Shown here: positions 59,449 through 64,000 of the stretch, piece after piece
Layout: the number at the start of each line of letters is the position of its first letter
Position numbering within the stretch: position 1 is the stretch's first letter
The notes under the pieces: model-generated
What the model was told of the DNA's origin: nothing
The model's database searches: none
The model's input: only the letters and a program-made list of their open reading frames with translations
Translations under genes and position numbers: made by a program
NCBI GenBank assembly: GCA_040753435.1
Contig: JBFMEN010000067.1
Location: 2,441-66,440 of the forward strand
DNA: 64,000 bases
Source of the DNA: Candidatus Omnitrophota bacterium
Lineage (GTDB): Bacteria > Omnitrophota > Gorgyraeia > Zapsychrales > JANLHA01
Direction: 5' to 3'

Positions 59449-62400
59449 ATGAAAAAGAAATTGGCACTAAGTCAAAGAAAGCTAGCAAGCCCGCCAAAGG
59501 AATTTGATCTTCTTGCCGGTGGCGGAGAGATGGGCGCGCTGATGCGCTCCATCGACTGGGCTAAAACTCCCGTTGGGCCTGTATCGGGCTGGTCGCCGGC
59601 TTTACGCTCGACAGTGGGACTGCTGTTGCGCAATCGTTTTCCCTTGATCCTCTGGTGGGGACCGAAGTTCGTTCAGTTTTATAATGACGTTTACCGTCCC
59701 ATCCCCGGCAACAAGCATCCTAAATCCATGGGCCAGCCGGCCAGCGAATGCTGGTCGGAAATATGGCATATTATCGGGCCCATGATCGAAGCTCCTTTTT
59801 CCGGCCAACCCGCAACCACCAGTGAAGACCTTTTCCTCTTAATGAACCGCAGCGGATTTCTGGAAGAGACCCATTTCAAAGTCGCTTATAGTCCTGTGCC
59901 CGATGAAACCGTAGAACCAACGGGAGTCGGGGGAGTGCTGGCGACGGTCGCAGAGACGACCGAGCAGGTTTATGGCGAAAGGCAGTTGCGCACACTGCGG
60001 GAATTGGCCGCGCGCGCCGCCGAAGCCAGAACGCCTGAACAGGCGTGTCAGACTGCCGCATCCACTCTGCTCGAGAATAAATTTGATGTACCTTTCGCTC
60101 TTTTTTATTTGATTGAACCGGGAGGTAAACAGGCCAAACTCGCCGCGTCTTGCGGATTTGAAATTAACGGACAAGCCAACCCACCCGTTATTGACATTAC
60201 TCAAAGGACAAACTGGCCGCTCAAATCAGTTGTTCAGCAAGCAGAAACGAAAATAGTTTCCGGACTGGAAGAAAAGTTTGGGAAAATGCCCTGTGGCACG
60301 TGGGCCGAATCTCCCCAAGACGCTATTCTGCTTCCACTCACCGCGCCTGATCAACAGCACGCCTTCGGTGTATTGATCGCCGGCTTAAGTCCCCATCGAA
60401 AACTGTCCGAAAATTACAGAACCTTTTTTGAACTCGCCGCTGGACAAGTTTCTACCGCTATCCGTAATGCCAGGGCTTACCAGGAAGAGCGTAAACGCGC
60501 CGAAGCCTTGCTGGAACTTGACAAGGCCAAGACTGCTTTCTTCAGCAATGTCAGCCATGAATTTCGCACTCCGTTAACACTTATGCTCGGGCCGGTAGAA
60601 GATATTTTGGGAAAGGAAATACTTCCTGAGGCGGAGCGGGATAATTTGCAGGTTGTTCATCGAAACGCCATGCGTCTGCTCAAGCTGGTCAATTCCCTTC
60701 TCGATTTCTCGCGTATCGAAGCCGGTCGGGCGCAGGCAGTGTATGAGCCGGTGGATCTCGGTATGGTCACGGCTGATCTGGCCAGCAACTTCCGTTCCGC
60801 CGTCGAAAAGGCCGGGTTGAGCTTTATCGTCAAGTGCCCGCCTGTTCCTCAAGCGGCATATGTTGATCCGCTTATGTGGGAAAAGATTGTCCTAAATCTC
60901 ATTTCGAACGCTTTTAAGTTCACGCTTACAGGAGAGATCGAAGTCAGCCTCAGCCGCAAAAAAGGGAGTTTTGAACTGCGGGTCTGGGACACAGGAGCCG
61001 GTATTCCTGAAGAAGAGATGCCGCGGCTGTTTGAAAGGTTTCATAGGATAAAGGCAACCCAAGGGCGGAGTTATGAAGGCACCGGTATCGGTTTGGCTCT
61101 GGTCAAAGAGCTGGTCAGACTCCACGGCGGGACCATTCGCGCCGAAAGCGCACCCGGCAAGGGCAGCACGTTTATCGTCATTATTCCTGAGGGAAAGGAG
61201 CACCTGCCTGCCGATCACGTTCAGGCGAAGCAGTCATCTTCTTCCCGGTCTGCTCTGGCAGGCTCCTATGTTGAAGAAGCTCTGCGCTGGCTGCCCGAGC
61301 CCCAGGAAAAACCGGACAGAAAATTTTCCGATGAGTCGACTGCCGGTACATTTGATGTGCCCCGGGAGAAGGAAGCCATTGTTCTGCTTGCCGAGGACAA
61401 CGCAGACATGCGCGATTACGTGCGCCGGCTTCTTCAGCCGCATTACCGTATGATCTTCGCAGCCGACGGCGAGTCGGCGCTGAGGGAAGCGCTTAAGTCG
61501 CCGCCGGATCTGGTGCTTTCCGATATTATGATGCCGCGCATGGACGGTTTCCAGTTGCTTAAAGAATTACGGAATAATCCCTTAACGATGGATATTCCCA
61601 TTATCCTGCTTTCGGCAAGGGCAGGCGAGGAGGCCAAGGTTGAGGGAATGAAAGCCGGAGCGGATGATTATCTGGTTAAGCCCTTTAGCGGCCGTGAACT
61701 GTTGGCGCGGGTGGAAGCGCATCTTAAACTCGCAAAGTTGAGGGAAGAGTCAACACGGGCGCTTAAAAAGAGCGAATCAAAGTATCGTAGTCTTTTTGAA
61801 AATATGAGCGAAGGTTTTGTCATTCATGAAATGATTTATGATGAGTCTGCCCAAGCTGTGGATTACAGGATCGTCGAAGTAAATCGGGCATTTGAACGCA
61901 TCACCGGCATTTCTTCAAAGAAGGCTGTCGGCGCTCTCGCATCGCAATTATATGGGACCAGCGATCCGCCCTACATCGATATTTACAGTAAAGTTGTATC
62001 AACAGGTAATCCAAGCGAATTTGAGACCACGTTTGATCCGATGAGAAAAAGTTTTCATATTTCTGTTTTCTCACCTGAGAAAGGAAAATTTGCCACCATC
62101 TTTCAGGATATTACCGCCCGAAAGCAGGCCGAATATAATGTTGAAAGATTTAAGGTACTCATGGACAACAATCCTTCTCTGGTCTTTTTGAAGGATGAAT
62201 CGGGCAGGTATGTTTACCTTAATAAAGCTTATGAAAATCAATTCGCTCTTTCGAAAGACTGGTACGGGAAGACGGATTTTGATTTCTGGCCCAAGGAAAG
62301 CGCGGATTTGTTTCGCGCAAACGACGCGGAAGTTATGAAATCCGGGCAGATGCAACAGTACCTCGAAGATTCAACGGACAAAAAAGGCACACGATATTGC

Positions 62401-64000
62401 TGGCTGGTCTATAAATTTCATTTCATTGACTCTAACAACAAAAAATTTCTGGGAGGGATTGGAATCAATGCCACTGACCGCGTGCGCGCCGAGGAGGCGC
62501 TGCGGGAAAGCGAGGAGCGGTTCAGGTCGCTAGCCGAGAACAGCCCCGGCATCCTTCAGCGGTTCGACCGCCAGTTCCGCGTGATGTGGCTCAGCCCCAA
62601 GGCTGAGGAGGCTACAGGTGTACCTGTCGAGCAGTTCATCGGCAAGACCAATCGGGAAATGGGCATGCCCGATCACCTGGTTGATCTATGGGAAAGAGCG
62701 ATGACTCAGGTTCTCGAGACCGCCGAGCCCAGGGAGGTAGAATTTAGCATAGAGACGCCTAATGGCACGAAAACCTACCTGCTGCGCCTCGCCCCTGAGT
62801 TCGGCGGTGACGGCAAACAAGTAGTGTCCATACTGGGCATCTCCAGCGATATCACCGAGAGGAAGAAGGCCGAAGAAGCGCTGAGAGAGAGCGAGGCGCG
62901 GTACCGGATGTTACACGAAAGCATACGGGATGCTTTTGTGCATGTTGATATGGAAGGCCGGATCATCAACTGCAATGATCTTTATTGCCAGATGCTAGGC
63001 TACTCACAGGAGGAGGTGCGCCAACTGACCTACCAGATCATTACTCCCGAGCGCTGGCACAAGTTTGAAGCGCGGATTGTGCGTGAACAAATCATCAAGC
63101 GCGGCTACTCCGACGTTTACGAAAAGGAGTATCGCCGCAAGGATGGGAAAGTTTTTCCCGTCGAACTGCGCACGATCCTGTCCCGCGACTCGTCCGGCCA
63201 ACCGATTGGGATGTGGGGCATCGTTCGCGACATCACCGAGCGCAAGAAGGCCGAAGAGACGCTGCAAACGAGAGAAGCTCAAATGGACGCCTTCTTTGCG
63301 AATTCACCGGCTGTGCTGAATCTTGTTGACGATAACTTCTGCTATATCAATACCGATAAGCTTACGCCTACCTATTACGGTCTGAACCGCGAGACCATCA
63401 AGGGTAAATGCGTGCCAGACCTTTCCCGTGAATTCATGGAGCAGACTGGTAAGGTGATGCAGCACATCATTGAAACGGGAGAACCGGTATTGAACGCGCA
63501 ATATCAAGCCCCGGTGCCGGGAAGAAAGGGCGAAATGGCGTACTGGACCACTTCGATGTTCCGCGTCCCCTTGGGAAACGAAAAGTGGGGCGTGGGTGTC
63601 ATCAGCATCGAGATCACCGAGCGTAAGAAAGCGGAGGAGGCGCTTGAAAGGGAACGGAAGCAAATGTTGGCCGTCATCGAAAACCTGGATGAGGCGGTAG
63701 GGCTCTGGAATACGGATGGCAGTTTAGTGATGATCAACGATGCAACTGCGAAGCTTTATGGCTACGAAATGAAAGAACAGATGCTTAAAAATCTGAGTGC
63801 CTATGCGGATGTTAAAGTGTGGACGATGGATGGCCGTGAGCTTCCTCAGGAGGAATGGCCTCCCTCTCGCGTGTTGCGAGGTGAAACATTTTCAAACTGG
63901 GAACTGGAACAATACATTCCCTCGATCAACAAGCGGTTCATCGGAAGTAATAGCGGCCGTCCGGTTCGGGATGCGAATGGCAAAATTATTCTCGGCGTGA
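59449..64000 (+). CDS. Hybrid sensor histidine kinase (PAS-like, GAF, HisKA, HATPase, REC, multiple PAS); continues past the window end
   Basis: Absent from the ORF track because it has no stop; GGGEMGALMRSIDW, FFSNVSHEFRTPL, NLISNAFKFT, GTGIGL, LAEDNADMR..SDIMMP, repeated DITERK.AEEAL PAS linkers, all in one frame. Confidence 0.9.
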   Translation, partial: MKKKLALSQRKLASPPKEFDLLAGGGEMGALMRSIDWAKTPVGPVSGWSPALRSTVGLLLRNRFPLILWWGPKFVQFYNDVYRPIPGNKHPKSMGQPASECWSEIWHIIGPMIEAPFSGQPATTSEDLFLLMNRSGFLEETHFKVAYSPVPDETVEPTGVGGVLATVAETTEQVYGERQLRTLRELAARAAEARTPEQACQTAASTLLENKFDVPFALFYLIEPGGKQAKLAASCGFEINGQANPPVIDITQRTNWPLKSVVQQAETKIVSGLEEKFGKMPCGTWAESPQDAILLPLTAPDQQHAFGVLIAGLSPHRKLSENYRTFFELAAGQVSTAIRNARAYQEERKRAEALLELDKAKTAFFSNVSHEFRTPLTLMLGPVEDILGKEILPEAERDNLQVVHRNAMRLLKLVNSLLDFSRIEAGRAQAVYEPVDLGMVTADLASNFRSAVEKAGLSFIVKCPPVPQAAYVDPLMWEKIVLNLISNAFKFTLTGEIEVSLSRKKGSFELRVWDTGAGIPEEEMPRLFERFHRIKATQGRSYEGTGIGLALVKELVRLHGGTIRAESAPGKGSTFIVIIPEGKEHLPADHVQAKQSSSSRSALAGSYVEEALRWLPEPQEKPDRKFSDESTAGTFDVPREKEAIVLLAEDNADMRDYVRRLLQPHYRMIFAADGESALREALKSPPDLVLSDIMMPRMDGFQLLKELRNNPLTMDIPIILLSARAGEEAKVEGMKAGADDYLVKPFSGRELLARVEAHLKLAKLREESTRALKKSESKYRSLFENMSEGFVIHEMIYDESAQAVDYRIVEVNRAFERITGISSKKAVGALASQLYGTSDPPYIDIYSKVVSTGNPSEFETTFDPMRKSFHISVFSPEKGKFATIFQDITARKQAEYNVERFKVLMDNNPSLVFLKDESGRYVYLNKAYENQFALSKDWYGKTDFDFWPKESADLFRANDAEVMKSGQMQQYLEDSTDKKGTRYCWLVYKFHFIDSNNKKFLGGIGINATDRVRAEEALRESEERFRSLAENSPGILQRFDRQFRVMWLSPKAEEATGVPVEQFIGKTNREMGMPDHLVDLWERAMTQVLETAEPREVEFSIETPNGTKTYLLRLAPEFGGDGKQVVSILGISSDITERKKAEEALRESEARYRMLHESIRDAFVHVDMEGRIINCNDLYCQMLGYSQEEVRQLTYQIITPERWHKFEARIVREQIIKRGYSDVYEKEYRRKDGKVFPVELRTILSRDSSGQPIGMWGIVRDITERKKAEETLQTREAQMDAFFANSPAVLNLVDDNFCYINTDKLTPTYYGLNRETIKGKCVPDLSREFMEQTGKVMQHIIETGEPVLNAQYQAPVPGRKGEMAYWTTSMFRVPLGNEKWGVGVISIEITERKKAEEALERERKQMLAVIENLDEAVGLWNTDGSLVMINDATAKLYGYEMKEQMLKNLSAYADVKVWTMDGRELPQEEWPPSRVLRGETFSNWELEQYIPSINKRFIGSNSGRPVRDANGKIILGV

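Noticed and set aside
22465-63737. Many short antisense or alternate-frame ORFs in the track
   Set aside because: They are shadows of long, motif-supported CDSs on the + strand

Overview
Bacterial genomic window with no rRNA, tRNA, CRISPR array or intact transposase. Ca. Omnitrophota is a tentative guess from the giant-protein family, recalled rather than searched. (1) 1-17.8 kb: a convergently transcribed cluster of heptose/glycosyltransferase genes (GmhB-like HAD, two GT9, HldE, GT2, GT4, SDR, methyltransferase, MFS) mixed with general-stress genes (ferritin-like, hemerythrin, PRC-barrels, GH13, DUF2892, DUF421). (2) 18-22 kb: MMPL transporter, phosphoribosyltransferase, a hydrolase remnant and a PP2C phosphatase. 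(3) 22.3-47.7 kb, the main signal: three paralogous giant secreted proteins (~2430, 1679 and 3800 aa) with a shared architecture. Each has a Sec signal peptide, a conserved ~380-aa N-terminal domain, unrelated cargo modules joined by linkers carrying a D-x-A-M motif, and a conserved C-terminal GGID(L/F).P...F.P(V/N)IINI.P tail. The cargoes resemble cytoplasm-type enzymes (histidine kinases, Ser/Thr kinase, CheR-like methyltransferase, SelO-like, GNAT, sigma-4 HTH), which suggests a polymorphic multi-effector polyprotein delivery system. A fourth, orphan C-terminal fragment lies at 56.4-56.9 kb. (4) 47.8-56.4 kb: CsgG-like operon, hypothetical genes and a Pif1-like helicase. (5) 57-64 kb: small genes preceded by a 40-bp repeat, an HTH gene, and a multi-PAS hybrid histidine kinase that runs off the window. 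All domain calls come from reading motifs by eye.
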